64,000 nucleotides of DNA from the human T2T-CHM13v2.0 reference genome, Homo sapiens: assembly GCF_009914755.1 (NCBI RefSeq), contig NC_060932.1. One strand, 5' to 3'. This document shows positions 15,730-31,714 of the stretch, in pieces; position 1 is the first letter of the stretch, and every line of letters starts with the position of its first letter. The notes below the pieces were generated by a model. That model saw only the letters and a list, made by a program, of their open reading frames with translations. It made no database searches and had not been told where the DNA came from. A program made the position numbers and the translations under genes.

Positions 15730-16141
15730 TTGTGGTTATTTTTTTATCCTTGTTAATTTCCTTTTTTTAATATATACACTTTGAGTTTTAGGGTACATGT
15801 GCACAAAGTGCAGGTTACTTACATATGTATACATGTGCCATGTTGGTGTGCTGCACCCATTAACACATCATTTAGCATGAGGTATATCTCCTAATGTTAT
15901 CCCTCCCCCCTCCCCCCACCCCACAACAGTCCCCGGAGTGTGATATTCCCCTTCCTGTGTCCATGTGTTATTATTCAATTCCCACCTATGAGTGAAAACA
16001 TGCGGTGTTTGGATTTTTGTCCTTGGCAATAGTTTGCTGAGAATGATGGTTTCCAGCTTCATCCATGTCCCTACAACGGACATGAACTCATCATTTTTTA
16101 TGGCTGCATAGTATTCTATGGTGTATACATGCCAACTTTTC
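15730..16141 (-). mobile_element. 5'-truncated L1PA (about L1PA3) 3' end
   Basis: Antisense L1PA 3'UTR: gggtacatgtgcac, ccctcccccctccccccacccc, atccatgtccctac; degenerate T-rich tail. Confidence 0.93.
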
Positions 16142-16569
16142 TCGCCCCCTTTTTAAGCTCCTTCTTTCACTGGCTTTCATGATCCCACCAATTCCTGCTT
16201 TTCCTTTTTTGTTTTTTTCCTGGCTGCATCTTCTTCGTCAATTTCTTAAATTCTTCCCTTGTCAACCTCTATTTTTTTTCTTTTTTGATATTTGAGTATT
16301 TCATCCATGGCGCTTCTCACTCCTCTATACATTCTCCAGGGTTGAGGTAGTCTACCCCCATAGGTTCAGAACCTATGACCTGTATCTTCAGTTGGCATTC
16401 AATAGCCTATCCAACTCCATGTGGGAGTTTCATAATAATCTATGGGATTACCTGACTTCTCAATGTCTCCTGCTCTCCCTCTCCTCACTAAGAGTCCCAT
16501 TGTGTGGCATCGGCAATCACCCATATGACTAACAAGAACCTTAAGACTTCTTCTTCTTCAAAGACAGGT

Positions 16570-16812
16570 CTATTGAGATGAACGTACTTTTAAGTCACCC
16601 TCCCCTTTAACTTGTGTGATTAAATGTTTCCCAAGATAATTACAGAGTGAAGCCACCATCACTAAAATTAGATTTCAGAATATTTCTCACACCCCATAGA
16701 GAAAATTTATACTCATTTGCTATCACTCTTCATTCTCCCTCTGCCTTGTACACAGGCTGAGTAAACCACTAGTCTAAGTTTTTTCCCTATAGATTTAATC
16801 TTTCTCTGGACG
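16570..16812 (-). mobile_element. Old L1M (L1MB/ME-like) 3' tip
   Basis: gccaccatcactaaaattagatttcagaatatttctcacacccc...aaccactagtc. Confidence 0.6.
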
Positions 16813-17007
16813 CTTGATCTGTCACTAAGGTCTAACCTGTAATACCTCCTCAGCAGGGCTTAATGTGTATACTTCCTTACATCAGATTCCCTCTCTCTTT
16901 ATATCTTTTACTTGTGAAACTGCTATTTTCTCCCAACTGGGAACACCATATATGTTTGTTTACTCTAATCTATTTTTGCCAGCATTGTTCTATAACAGTA
17001 AACATAC

Positions 17008-17386
17008 TTATATGGTTTGGATATTTGTTGCCTCCAAATCTCAGGTTGAAATGTAATCCCTAGTTTTGGAGGTGGGGCCTTGTGGGAGGTGCTGGGGTTG
17101 TGGGAGCTGATCCCTCATAGATGGCTTCCTGCTATCCTTGCAACAGTGAGAGAGTTCTTGCAACATCTGGTTGTTTAAAAGTATGTGGCTCCTCTCCTCT
17201 CTCTCTCGTTCTCACTCTTGCTATGTGATGCACTGTCTGCCCCTTTCACTTCCAACATGATTGAATGCTTGATGAGGCCTCACCAGTTGAGGCCTCATCT
17301 ACAGGTCAGCCAATTAAACCTCTTTCATTTATAAGTTACCTAGCCTTGGGTATTTCTACATGGAAATTCAAAAACAGCCTAATACA
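17008..17386 (+). mobile_element. MSTA-type MaLR 5' LTR
   Basis: tatggtttggatatttg...ggaggtggggcct...ccaattaaacctc...cctaataca; left 5-bp flank catac. Confidence 0.92.
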
Positions 17387-19026
17387 GAAAAATGGTACCA
17401 GGAGTGGGATGTTGCTATAAAGATACTTGAAAATATGGAAGTGGCTTTGGAACTAGGTAATGGGTAGAGATTGGAAGAGTTTGGAGGACTCAAAAGACGA
17501 CAGGAAGATGAGGGAAAGTTTGGAGATCCTTAGAAACTGGTTAAGTGGTTATAACCAAAATGCTGATAGAAATGTGGACAGTGATGGGCAGGCTGATGAG
17601 GTCTTAGATGAAAATGAGGAACTTACTGGGAACTGGAGTGAAGGTCACCTATGTTAGGCCCTAGCAAAGAACTTGGTTGCATTGTTTTCAGGCCCTAGGA
17701 ATCTGTGGAAGGTTGAACTTAAGAATGATGAAAGGGTACATGGCAGAAGGAATTTCTAAGCAGCAATGCATTCATGATGTGGCCTGGCTGCTTATAACAG
17801 TCTACACTCAGATGCAGGCACATTAAATGACTTAAAGTTGGTACTTATATTTAAAAGGGAAGCAGAGCATAAACATTTGGAAAATTTGCAGCCTACCCAT
17901 GTGGTAGAAAAGAAAAGCATGTTTTTAGTGGAAGAATCCAAGTGGGCTATGGAGCAAACACTTTCTAGAGAGATTTGCATGACTAAAAGGGACCCAGGTG
18001 CTGCTAGCCAAGACAATGGGATAAAGCCCTGGAATGCATTTCAGAGATCTATGAGGCAGCCCCTCCCATGACAGGCCCAGAGGTCTACAAAGAAAGAACA
18101 ATTTTATGGGTGAGACTCAGGGCTCTGAAGCCAGGAATGCAAGGTGGCTGTTCCCTGCATCCCCACTGCTCCAGCTCTATCCATGGCTCAAAGTGCCACA
18201 GGTACAGCTCATATTGCTGCTTCAGAGGGTGCAATCCATAAGCTTGGCAGATTCAACATAGTGTGATATTAAGCCTGCTAGTGCACAGAATGCAAGAAGA
18301 AAGGAGGCTTGGCAGCTTCCACATAGATTTCAGAAGATGTATCAGAAAGCCTGAGTGCTCAGGCAGAAGGCTGCCACAAAGGTAGAGTCCCACACAGATA
18401 TTTGAATAGGGCAGTGCCAAAGGGAAATGTGGCATTGGAACCCCATGGAATGTCCCCACTGGAACACTACCCAGTGGAGCTGTGGGAAGAAGACCACTGC
18501 CTTCCAAACTGAGGAATGGTAGATCTAACAGCATCATGCAATCTCGTCATGGAAAAGTCATAGGCACTCAACTCCAGCACATGAAAGCAGCCACACTGCA
18601 CCCCACAAAGCCACAGTGGACCTGACCAAAGCCTTGGGAGCCCACTCCTTGCAGTAGTGTGACCTGGATGCAGGACATACAGTCAAAGGAGATAATTTTG
18701 GGGATTTAAGATTTAATGACAGCTCTGCTGGGTTTCAGAATTATGTGGGGCTTATTACCCCTTTCTTTTGGCCATTTTTTTTCCTTTGGTATGAGAATAT
18801 TTACCTAATTCCTGGAACACAATTGTATCTTGGAAGTATGCAACTTGGTTTTTATTTTACAGTCTCACAGGGGGAACGAACTCATCTCCAGAAGAGACAC
18901 TGGACATGAGACATAGAACTTTTGAGTTAATGCAGAAGTGAGTTAAGATTTTGGGGGCTATTGGCAGGAGATGATTCTATTTTGCAATGTGAGAAGGGCA
19001 TGAGATTTGGGGATGCAGGAGTGGAA
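17387..19026 (+). mobile_element. MST-int (MaLR internal region), no intact ORF
   Basis: Begins gaaaaatggtaccaggagtggg, about 1.64 kb, ends in a purine tract before the 3' LTR. Confidence 0.92.
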
Positions 19027-19212
19027 AGATATGATTTGGGTATTTGCTCTCTATAAGTCTTATGTTGAAATATAATCCCCAGTGTTGGAGACAGGGCTTG
19101 GTAGGAGGTGTTGGGTTGCCGAGGCAGATCCCTCATAAATGGCTTCCTGCTGTCCTCATAGTAGTGATTGAATTCTCAAAGGATTTGGTTGTTTAGAAGC
19201 TTGTGCCACTCC

Positions 19213-20117
19213 GGATCGAGCCAAGATGGCCGAATAGGAACAGCTCCGGTCTACAGCTCCCACTGTGAGCGACGCAGAAGACGGGTGATTTCTGTATTTC
19301 CATCTGAGGTACCGGGTTCATCTCACTAGGGAGTGCCAGACAGTGGGTGCAGGTCAGTGGGTGCGCGCACCGTGCGTGAGCTGAAGCAGGGCGAGGCATT
19401 GCCTCACTTGGGAAACGGAAGGGGTCAGGGAGTTCCCTTTCTGAGTCAAAGAAAGGGGTGACGGACAGCACCTGGAAAATCGGGTCACTCCCACCCGAAT
19501 ACTGCCCTTTTCCGACGGGCTTAAGAAACGGTGCACCACGAGATTCTATCCCACACCTGGCTCGGAGGGTCCTACACCCACAGAGTCTCGCTGATTGCTA
19601 GCACAGCAGTCTGAGATCAAACTGCAAGGCAGCAGCGAGGCTGGGGGAGGGGCGTCCGCCATTGCCCAGGCTTGCTTAGGTAAATAAAGCAGCCAGGAAG
19701 CTCGAACTGGGTGGAGCCCAGCACAGCTCAAGGAGGTCTGCCTGCCTCTGTAGGCTCCACCTCTGGGGGCAGGGCACAGACAAACAAAAAGACATCAGTA
19801 ACCTCTGCAGACTTAAATGTCCCTGTCTGACAGGTTTGAAGAGAGCAGTGGTTCTCCCAGCAAGCAGCTGGAGATCTGAGAACGGGCAGACTGCCTCCTC
19901 AAGTGGGTCCCTGACCCCTGACCCCCGAGCAGCCTAACTGGGAGGCACCCCCCAGCAGGGGCACACTGACACCTCACACGGCAGGGTACTCCAACAGACC
20001 TGCAGCTGAGGGTCCTCTTTGTTAGAAGAAAAACTAACAAACAGAAAGGATATCCACATCAAAAACCCATCTGTACATAACCATCATCAAAGACCAAAAG
20101 TAGATAAAACCACAAAG
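19213..20117. promoter_or_regulatory. L1 5'UTR: CpG-rich internal sense promoter and antisense promoter
   Basis: 905-bp 5'UTR with intact caagatggccg YY1 motif at 19222-19232; promoter activity is established for the family, not shown for this copy. Confidence 0.85.
19546..19662 (-). pseudogene. ORF0: L1 ORF0, truncated to 38 codons by a premature TAG
   Basis: MADAPPPASLLPCSLISDCCASNQRDSVGVGPSEPGVG* matches the N-terminal half of primate ORF0. Confidence 0.85.
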
Positions 20118-21134
20118 ATGGGGAAAAAACAGAACAGAAAAACTGGAAACTCCAAAAAGCAGAGCGCCTCTCCTCCTCCAAAGGAACGCAGTTCCTCACC
20201 AGCAACGGAACAAAGCTGGATGGAGAATGACTTTGACGAGCTGAGAGAAGAAGGCTTCAGACGATCAAATTACTCTCAGCTACGGGAGGACATTCAAATG
20301 AAAGGCAAAGAAGTTGAAAACTTTGAAAAAAATTTAGAAGAATGTATAACTAGAATAACCAATACAGAGAACTGCTTAAAGGAGCTGATGGAGCTGAAAA
20401 CCAAGGCGCGAGAACTACGTGAAGAATGCAGAAGCCTCTGGAGCCAATGCAATCAACTGGAAGATAGGGTATCAGCGATGGAAGATGAAATGAATGAAAT
20501 GAAGCGAGAAGGGAAGTCTAGAGAAAAAAGAATAAAAAGAAATGAGCCAAGCCTCCAAGAAATAAGGGACTATGTGAAAAGACCAAATCTACGTCTGATT
20601 GGTGTACCTGAAAGTGATGGGGAGAATGGAACCAAGTTGGAAAACACTCTGCAGGATATTATCCAGGAGAACTTCCCCAATCTAGCAAGGCAGGCCAACG
20701 TTCAGATTCAGGAAATACAGAGAACGCCACAAAGATACTCCTCGAGAAGAGCAACTCCAAGACACATAATTGTCAGATTCACCAAAGTTGAAATGAAGGA
20801 AAAAATGTTAAGGGCAGCCAGAGAGAAAGGTCGGGTTACCCTCAAAAGGAAGCCCATCAGAGTAACAGTGGATCTCTCGACAGAAACCCTGCAAGCCAGA
20901 AGAGAGTGGGGGCCAATATTCAACATTCTTAAAGACAAGAATTTTCAACCCAGAATTTCATATCCAGCCAAACTAAGCTTCATAAGTGAAGGAGAAATAA
21001 AATCCTTTACAGACAAGCAAATGCTGAGAGATTTTGTCACCACCAGGCCTGCCTTACAAGAGCTCCTGAAGGAAGCACTAAACATGGAAATGAACAACCG
21101 GTACCAGCTGCTGCAAAATCATGCCAAAATGTAA
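20118..21134 (+). CDS. LINE-1 ORF1p, 338 aa RNA-binding chaperone, reading frame intact
   Basis: MGKKQNRK...NHAKM; REKG, ARR and YPAKLS motifs present. Confidence 0.95.
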   Translation: MGKKQNRKTGNSKKQSASPPPKERSSSPATEQSWMENDFDELREEGFRRSNYSQLREDIQMKGKEVENFEKNLEECITRITNTENCLKELMELKTKARELREECRSLWSQCNQLEDRVSAMEDEMNEMKREGKSREKRIKRNEPSLQEIRDYVKRPNLRLIGVPESDGENGTKLENTLQDIIQENFPNLARQANVQIQEIQRTPQRYSSRRATPRHIIVRFTKVEMKEKMLRAAREKGRVTLKRKPIRVTVDLSTETLQARREWGPIFNILKDKNFQPRISYPAKLSFISEGEIKSFTDKQMLRDFVTTRPALQELLKEALNMEMNNRYQLLQNHAKM

Positions 21135-21182
21135 AGACCATCGAGACTAGGAAGAAACTGCATCAACTAACGAGCAAAATAA

Positions 21183-25016
<3,834 letters not shown>

Positions 25017-25477
25017 ACAAGGAGATCACATGGACACAGGAAGGGGAATATCACACTCAGGGGACTGTTGTGGGGTGGGGGGAGGGGGGAGGGATAGCAT
25101 TAGGAGATATACCTAATGCTAGATGACATGTTAGTGGGTGCAGCGTACCAGCATGGCACATGTATACATATGTAACTAACCTGCACAATGGGCACATGTA
25201 CCCAAAAACTTAAAGTATATAAAAAAAAAAAAAGTGTGTGCCACTCCACCCTTGCTCTCTTGGCCCTGCTCTCGCCATGTAATTTGCTGGCTCCCTCATC
25301 ATCTTTTACCATGAGTAAAAGCTCTCTGAGGCCTCGCTGGAACTTGAGCAGATGCTCGTGCCATGCTTTCTGTACAGCCTGCAGAATCATGAGCCAATTA
25401 AAACTCTTTTCTTTATAAATTACCCAGTCTCTGACATATTTCTTTATGGCAATGCTAATACAGCCTAACACACCTAC

Positions 25478-25972
25478 TCACAATGTTTGAAATGTTCCTC
25501 ATTCACTCTGGAATAAAGACAAATACATTTATGTAACATACAGTGCTCTTCGTATGGGCATACGTTCCTGGTAATTTATCACTACATCCCTGATAATACC
25601 AAATTGCAACTTCCTGTAATCATTTGCAGTGTCCCCAACACAGCATAATTATTTCTGCGTAAAAACGTTCACATCCCTGCTTCTCCTGCTAGAGAAACCT
25701 TCCTCTGACTCTACATAGTGAATCTCTGTTCATCCCTCAAACTTCAGCTCTGATATCCTCAGTTTCAAGAATGTAAACCTGTGCTGCCAAAAATTCACGT
25801 TCTCACTACTATTGTAATACATATTCTAGGTGCTTATTTATCTATGTCTCCTTTTCCTCTAAAAGCTCCTTTTGTTCTAAAGCTCCAGAATCTTATCTTA
25901 TTTTTAGGGGCCAGAAATGTTTCTTGAATTTAGTACGTATTTAGTGAATGTTCGTTGAACAAATACATAAAT
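25478..25972 (+). mobile_element. L2 3' portion (continuation of the L2 left of the provirus)
   Basis: cattcactctggaataaagacaaa...catccctcaaacttcagctc...gaatgttcgttgaacaaat. Confidence 0.65.
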
Positions 25973-26689
25973 GGAAGTTGATAATAGATTCTGACATTTA
26001 TCTCAGAGACCTGCTCTAATCTATTTCATTACTTCTGTAGACAGTAATATATCTCTGCGGCTATACATTCAGAAAGTCACAGCAACAAAGGTACAGTATG
26101 CACATAATCGTGAACTTACATCCATATCAAACAAAAATGTGAAGCTTGACATTTCAGGCTTTATGGGTTCAATAGTTCCTTCTGAAGGCAGCTTGACTCT
26201 ATTACTACACTGTAAACATCCAGAAACATGTGAAGAAAGCGACCAGAGTTCTTGGAAGTGCTCGTAGACAACTAAGCAATCCTTTATGTATGTTTGTATG
26301 ATGTGTCTGCGATTGAGTGTCAAGTGAGGGGTATGGAGAAAATGACATAGGTGGATGTTACGAAGAAAAATGCAAACACTATTTAGGATTGTCAACTGAA
26401 GTTCTTTGAACAGAGGCTGTGGATAATTAAAATTTGTCTAAAATATATATGCATTTAAAACTTTGTGGTATTTTCTACCACATAACAACACAGTGATCTC
26501 AAAAAATAGGTTAATTTGCTTTAAATATGGCATACGTTAAAGAATGTACAAAGGATGTACATTTTGAACAAAATGTCTAAGATATAAAGCTCTAAATAAC
26601 TTTTTGCTCAAAATTTATTAAAGAATTATGTATTGATTTCATAATATGTGTGAGAAACAATGGTTAGTTCTCAAGAAGCAGAGGAAGAG

Positions 26690-27920
26690 AGACAGAGGGA
26701 GAACCTGAAGAACTTTCCACTTATTATACTTACATTTCAAAACGGGGATGCAACAAATATAAATAAATATATAGAATATTATGCATTAACTAGTATTGAA
26801 CATGAAAATAAAGTAGGATTTTGGAGTTACTGAACAGGAGGGATTGCGTTTTAATACAGGATGCTCAGGGAAATGCTACTGGGAATGGCGTCTTCTGATC
26901 CAAGAAGGAAGGAAGGAGTGAGTCAGCTCTAAGGGTCTGGGGACAAGGAGGCATCAGGGAGTGAACGGGAGCTGAGGTGGGAGTGGTTTATTGTTCCTTG
27001 AACCTCAACGAGGCCTGGGGGGCTTGAATACAGAAAGTGAGGTAGAGAGGAGTGAACGAGATGAGCTCACAGAGGTACTGGGAGCCTGTAAGTGAGAGTA
27101 TCAATGTCCATCATCAGAACCTTATGAATGAGATGGAAAATTATTAGAGGGCTTTGCACAGATGGAGAATTAACTTGATTTGGCTAGCAGTAGTTCTTTC
27201 AAAGAATCACTGTAGCTGTGAAGTAGATGATGAACTCTGTGTTGGGTAGAGGCATGTGTGACTACATTAAAAGTAAAAAGAATGGTTAAAAGTCTGCAGT
27301 GATAAGCAGTGAAATATCATCGTGGTTTGGACGAAGAAGAGTAGTGGAGGTGGTAAGAAGAGACTAGATCATGGATATATTTTGATGTTAGAACCATTAA
27401 AATAAGATAAAAAATTGGAATACGGTTTTAGAGAAAAACAGAAACCAAGGAGGACACCAAGTTTCTTGAATTAACACCTGCAAGTGCCATTTACTGAGAT
27501 AAGCAAGGCCATGGGAGGAACTGTTCAAGGACGTCTGGGCCGGAAATAAAAACACAGTAGCGACAACTTGGAAAAGGTTCTTGGAATCATGAAATCCGGT
27601 GACAGCCTAAAGGGATTTGGGGTAGCTAGAAAGTTGAAGACCTCCCAAGTGTGACTCCGAGTCTTAAGATGTTCAGAAGTCAGGAACATGAGGAAGGACT
27701 GGTAGAGCCGTGGGAGACACAGCACCAAGAGAGGCTGGAGGGAAACTAAGAGAGATAATGGCCACAAAGCCAAGTCAGGGTGCCCAGGAGGGAACCAGCA
27801 AATACCCCCGTAGATCAAGGGGAACACACTCTGACAGCGACCCTTGGGCTTGACAATGTGAGGTCCCTGGTGATTCTGGTGAACACTGTTATAGTAGCCG
27901 GAAAGCTCAGTGGCTAGGAT
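26690..27920 (-). mobile_element. L2 (L2a-like) fragment
   Basis: Purine-rich antisense L2 motifs: agtggaggtggtaagaag, ggatatattttga, gtgccatttactgagat. Confidence 0.75.
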
Positions 27921-27971
27921 CATGAAAAATGAAATAATAAATTACTGAGTTTACATTAATAATTAGAAATA

Positions 27972-28140
27972 TGAATTGACAAGGTGCTTCATTTCTCTTC
28001 ACCTCAGTTTTTACTATTCATCTCCAAAATGAGGAAAAATAATCATGTGTTTTGAGAATTATCTGAGAATACATATACAAATTTTTAGAACGGCGCATGG
28101 TATATAAAAAGCTCTCAATAAATGGCAGTTATTGTCATAT
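27972..28140 (+). mobile_element. MIR
   Basis: cctcagttt...catctccaaaatgagg...ctcaataaatggcagttattg. Confidence 0.7.
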
Positions 28141-29685
28141 TATCATAAAATCATAGAAGTCCTTGGCCAACATTATTATGAATGCAAGCCTTAAGTAAAG
28201 AGAATGCCTTTGGCCCTCCCCATGAGACTCAATAGACCAGAGCATGAATCCAGATTCTAGAACATTCATTTTTAAATTTTATACATATTCTAGTAACATT
28301 TAGTTCAGTGTTGAATATTTTAATGAAAAGGGTAACTCATTCCTATTGGTATCCCATATTCTCATTCCTGCATTTTTTTAGCAACAATTTTGCACAATCT
28401 CTTCATATTCTCACAAAAACAACACTCCCACCTCTCCATATCCACCCAGGGGACACAGCAAGAATGTCTAATTTGAATCTAAATGTGTGCATATCTTAGA
28501 TTTAATTAATCAACAATAAAAGACTTATCCTTTGAAAAATGTATACAATGTAACTTGTGCTTTTGATAAATGTGTTGATTTGTATATTTTCTTTACTTGG
28601 AGTACATTTGAATAGAACATGAAAATCCTTTAGGAAAAAGAAATGAAATTTTTTATACTTTTTCTTGATTTTATTCTGCCTTCACAAAATTGTATAAATT
28701 AAATTAAAAGCAAAAAGGAAGTGAAATGTTATTTTTCTTCATAAATAAATCCTAAAATAAATGTCAAGACATGATTGAAAAATGATTCATATTTTATTCA
28801 GTACATGTCTATATATGGCAATATGCTTTACATTAATAGCATGTTTATTTCATGGACCACTTTTTGCCATGTTACAAGTAAAAAAGTGTAATTATATAAT
28901 TCAGTCTATAAAATTATAGTTGAAAACTTTGTCTGGGTATTTTTTATTAAATTGATCACTTCTGTGGATTTTCCCGACACCTCAAATAATAATGAAGTAC
29001 AACCAAAACAGACTGAATTTCAAGTTGCTAGTAAAGTGTCCAAAATAACATACTTAGCATTTTGAGAAATACATACCTACACACACAAAGACACACACAC
29101 ACAAATTTAGAACTAAAAAAGGATGATGCCAAATTGACGATATATAATTAGAATGAAAACAAAAAACAAGTAATTACGTAAAAATGTATTTGTCTTTCAA
29201 TGGTTTAAAAAATATCACTTCCTTACTTTACTATATCCACAAATTTGCCTTTAATTATCTACTTCAATAGACAAAAATCATTGCTCAGAAACCCTATAAC
29301 AATGTTTGATTTCTATTTAGTTTTTGCATATGTGATTTTTTTATGGGCAGAGTGATCATCATAATTATGTTTTGCCAGAGTTCATAATGATCTTTATTTT
29401 ATATCATTATTATAGTTACTAGCTTTATTAATTTTAAAATTGTATTCAATGAATACACACAAGCAGATATTAATAGTTCTACTAACCTGGTTTAAATAAA
29501 GGTCTCTGCAGAAACTACCTTTGAATTTTAAAAAATTCGAAGTATATTTTCCATATGAGTCATAACAATTTGATTATTTTCATACATTAGCTAAAGCAGA
29601 TAATTTTTGTATTCTCTGTAATCTTTTCATTGTATATAACATTTAAAGTAATTGGCCTAATATCACTGAAATATTGGATTCTACT

Positions 29686-29728
<43 letters not shown>

Positions 29729-29729
29729 C
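29686..29729. repeat. Interrupted (CA)n microsatellite
   Basis: Direct reading. Confidence 0.95.
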
Positions 29730-29849
29730 TTGATATAACTGTTCTACAACACTGGTATTCTGAAAGACATATTTAAATATAATATTATTATATAATTTGA
29801 AAATTTAGTCTGATTTTTTAAATTTTAAAATTTTATTTTTGTGTTTGCT

Positions 29850-29930
29850 TTATTTTTTAAATTTTTATTTCAATAGGTTTTGGGGTACACGTGGTTTTCT
29901 GTTACCTGGATGAATTATGTAATAGTGATA
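29850..29930 (-). mobile_element. L1PB-like 3' tip
   Basis: atttcaataggtttttggggtacacgtggttttctgttacctggatgaatt. Confidence 0.7.
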
Positions 29931-30175
29931 AAATTCAAAGTTTTATAACATTTTACACAACTAATCTTATTCTTGTTTTACTTTAATTACATGTTCTAAT
30001 ATCATTCTCATGCATAATGATAAGTCCTTTATTTAAAAAATTAAATACTTGTACCAACATAAAACTTCTATGTTATTCATCCTAAGAAAATACTACATAC
30101 TGCTTCTGTTTTGAATAAAGAGAAAATCTCATTAAGAATCTCGTAACTTACTGCAAGACGAAATCAGCAACTGAC

Positions 30176-30299
30176 TTGTCATTTTCTTTCTGCCTATAAC
30201 TGATGACTTTGAGTAATATATACACAGCTTCAATAGGTTGTCATTTTCTTTCTGCCTATAACTGATGACTTTGAGTAATATATACACAGCTTCAGTAGG
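30176..30299. repeat. Head-to-tail 62-bp duplication, 1 mismatch
   Basis: 30176-30237 versus 30238-30299 differ only at A30233/G30295. Confidence 0.97.
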
Positions 30300-31287
30300 T
30301 TTCCTCGTACTTTAAACATGATGCAACAATATATTAGCAAATCACTTGGAGAAGAATGTCGCTCATCACCCCAACATGGAATGCAATGATTCCAATTTCC
30401 ACTGTTGCATACGCCTTTTCAGTTTCCATTTTTACGAAGATCTAAGTACAATGCACTTCAATTTTGCATTTTTATTTTTATAATCATTGGGAGGGGTACT
30501 TCCATCAATCAGATTTGTTCTAATGCAAAATGTATCTAAATTTACTTAATATAAGAGAGAAAAGCTCAACCCTAGCCCCAAACAAAACCTCAATCTATGC
30601 ATTGCCCAGTTTTTTAAAAGGTCCTCCTTTAAAAATTAATCTTCTTTCTTATGCATTTTGGGACCTATTTTTTCCATTTAATTTTAACCAAATTTAATCA
30701 TAGGTTTGAAAGAAAAATCACTGAGGAGCTTTCATCTTCCTGTGTAGATAACTTGAAAATTTTTAAAAAATATATTTACACAGGAAGTCCTTGAGATGTA
30801 ACTTAATAGCAACATCTAAATTTAAAAGGCTGGTATTATGTCATATTAAGTCTCTCAGTTTTTGACACCTTAATGGTTCTGTGCCTATGTGAACCATCAA
30901 TAACAGTAATCCAACTGCACTACTAATTCAAAGTGACTAGAATTATGTCATCCTATGCTGCAAAGTTTATGACATCTGTTTAAGAGGTGGATGACCACCA
31001 TTTCATTTAAAATGAAAAGCTTTCTATAAAAACTTAATGTACCAGGCTCTCTTGAAATTCACATTAAATCTCTTCACTTTCTTGGTTCTTAGTACTCTTG
31101 CAAATATTTTATTATCTAGTGATCTATTGACTTCTCCAGAGATTTCTTTACAAACTGACAACCAAAAATAACAACTACTGTCTTTGAAGAGTAACCTCCT
31201 GTGGTTAACATCTCTCTAATTGTTTCTCTAAGATAATCTTGATAAAAGAAGTTTGTTCTATTCTCTTTTGTTTTTTTCTTTAAAAAG

Positions 31288-31480
31288 TGCATTTTAGCAT
31301 CTACTTTATGCTAGGTACTTTTAATCCCCACAACATAAGTATTATTGGCTTTTTTAACAACTAAATAAATAGAAACCCAGAGAAGCTCAGCTCTTTCCCC
31401 AATGACACACAACTTATAAGTAGCTGAGTCATAACCTCAAATGAGATTCAAATGCTGGTTCTAATGCTCTCTTCTCTTTA
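31288..31480 (-). mobile_element. MIR
   Basis: ttaatccccacaac...gaaacccagagaag...cccaatgacacacaac...agtagctgag. Confidence 0.6.
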
Positions 31481-31714
31481 CCAGATTTACAATGAAATAA
31501 ATAAAAAATAAGATACTAATTTAACACAAACAATAATTTTCAACCTCGATCGTTCAAACTCATTTTTTAAAATTATTATAAACACAAGGTAATGGACGAA
31601 AAGCAAAAATATTCCAATGATACAGGATCCTTACCTTTTCATGATTTTTAAAAATTATAACTTTACCATTAATATAAAACTTTTACATTTTGTGACCTCC
31701 TTAATTATAATTTA

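Larger units (their letters stand above)
15560..17007 (+). mobile_element. L2 LINE, left portion (interrupted by L1PA and L1M pieces and by the MST provirus)
   Basis: caaactgcccttaaaaattcaaccagtgacatcc, tagtcctcatgtcac and tggctttcatgatcccacc follow L2 order; continues at 25478. Confidence 0.65.

Noticed and set aside
17460-18071. ORFs within MST-int as a gag-like gene
   Set aside because: Short, in different frames and interrupted by stops; decayed MaLR internal sequence
20019-20117. 33-aa N-terminal extension of ORF1 in the ORF track
   Set aside because: Starts at TTG in the 5'UTR; the canonical ATG is at 20118
27525-27923. 132-aa ORF
   Set aside because: Lies within a decayed L2; no supportable domain or gene structure
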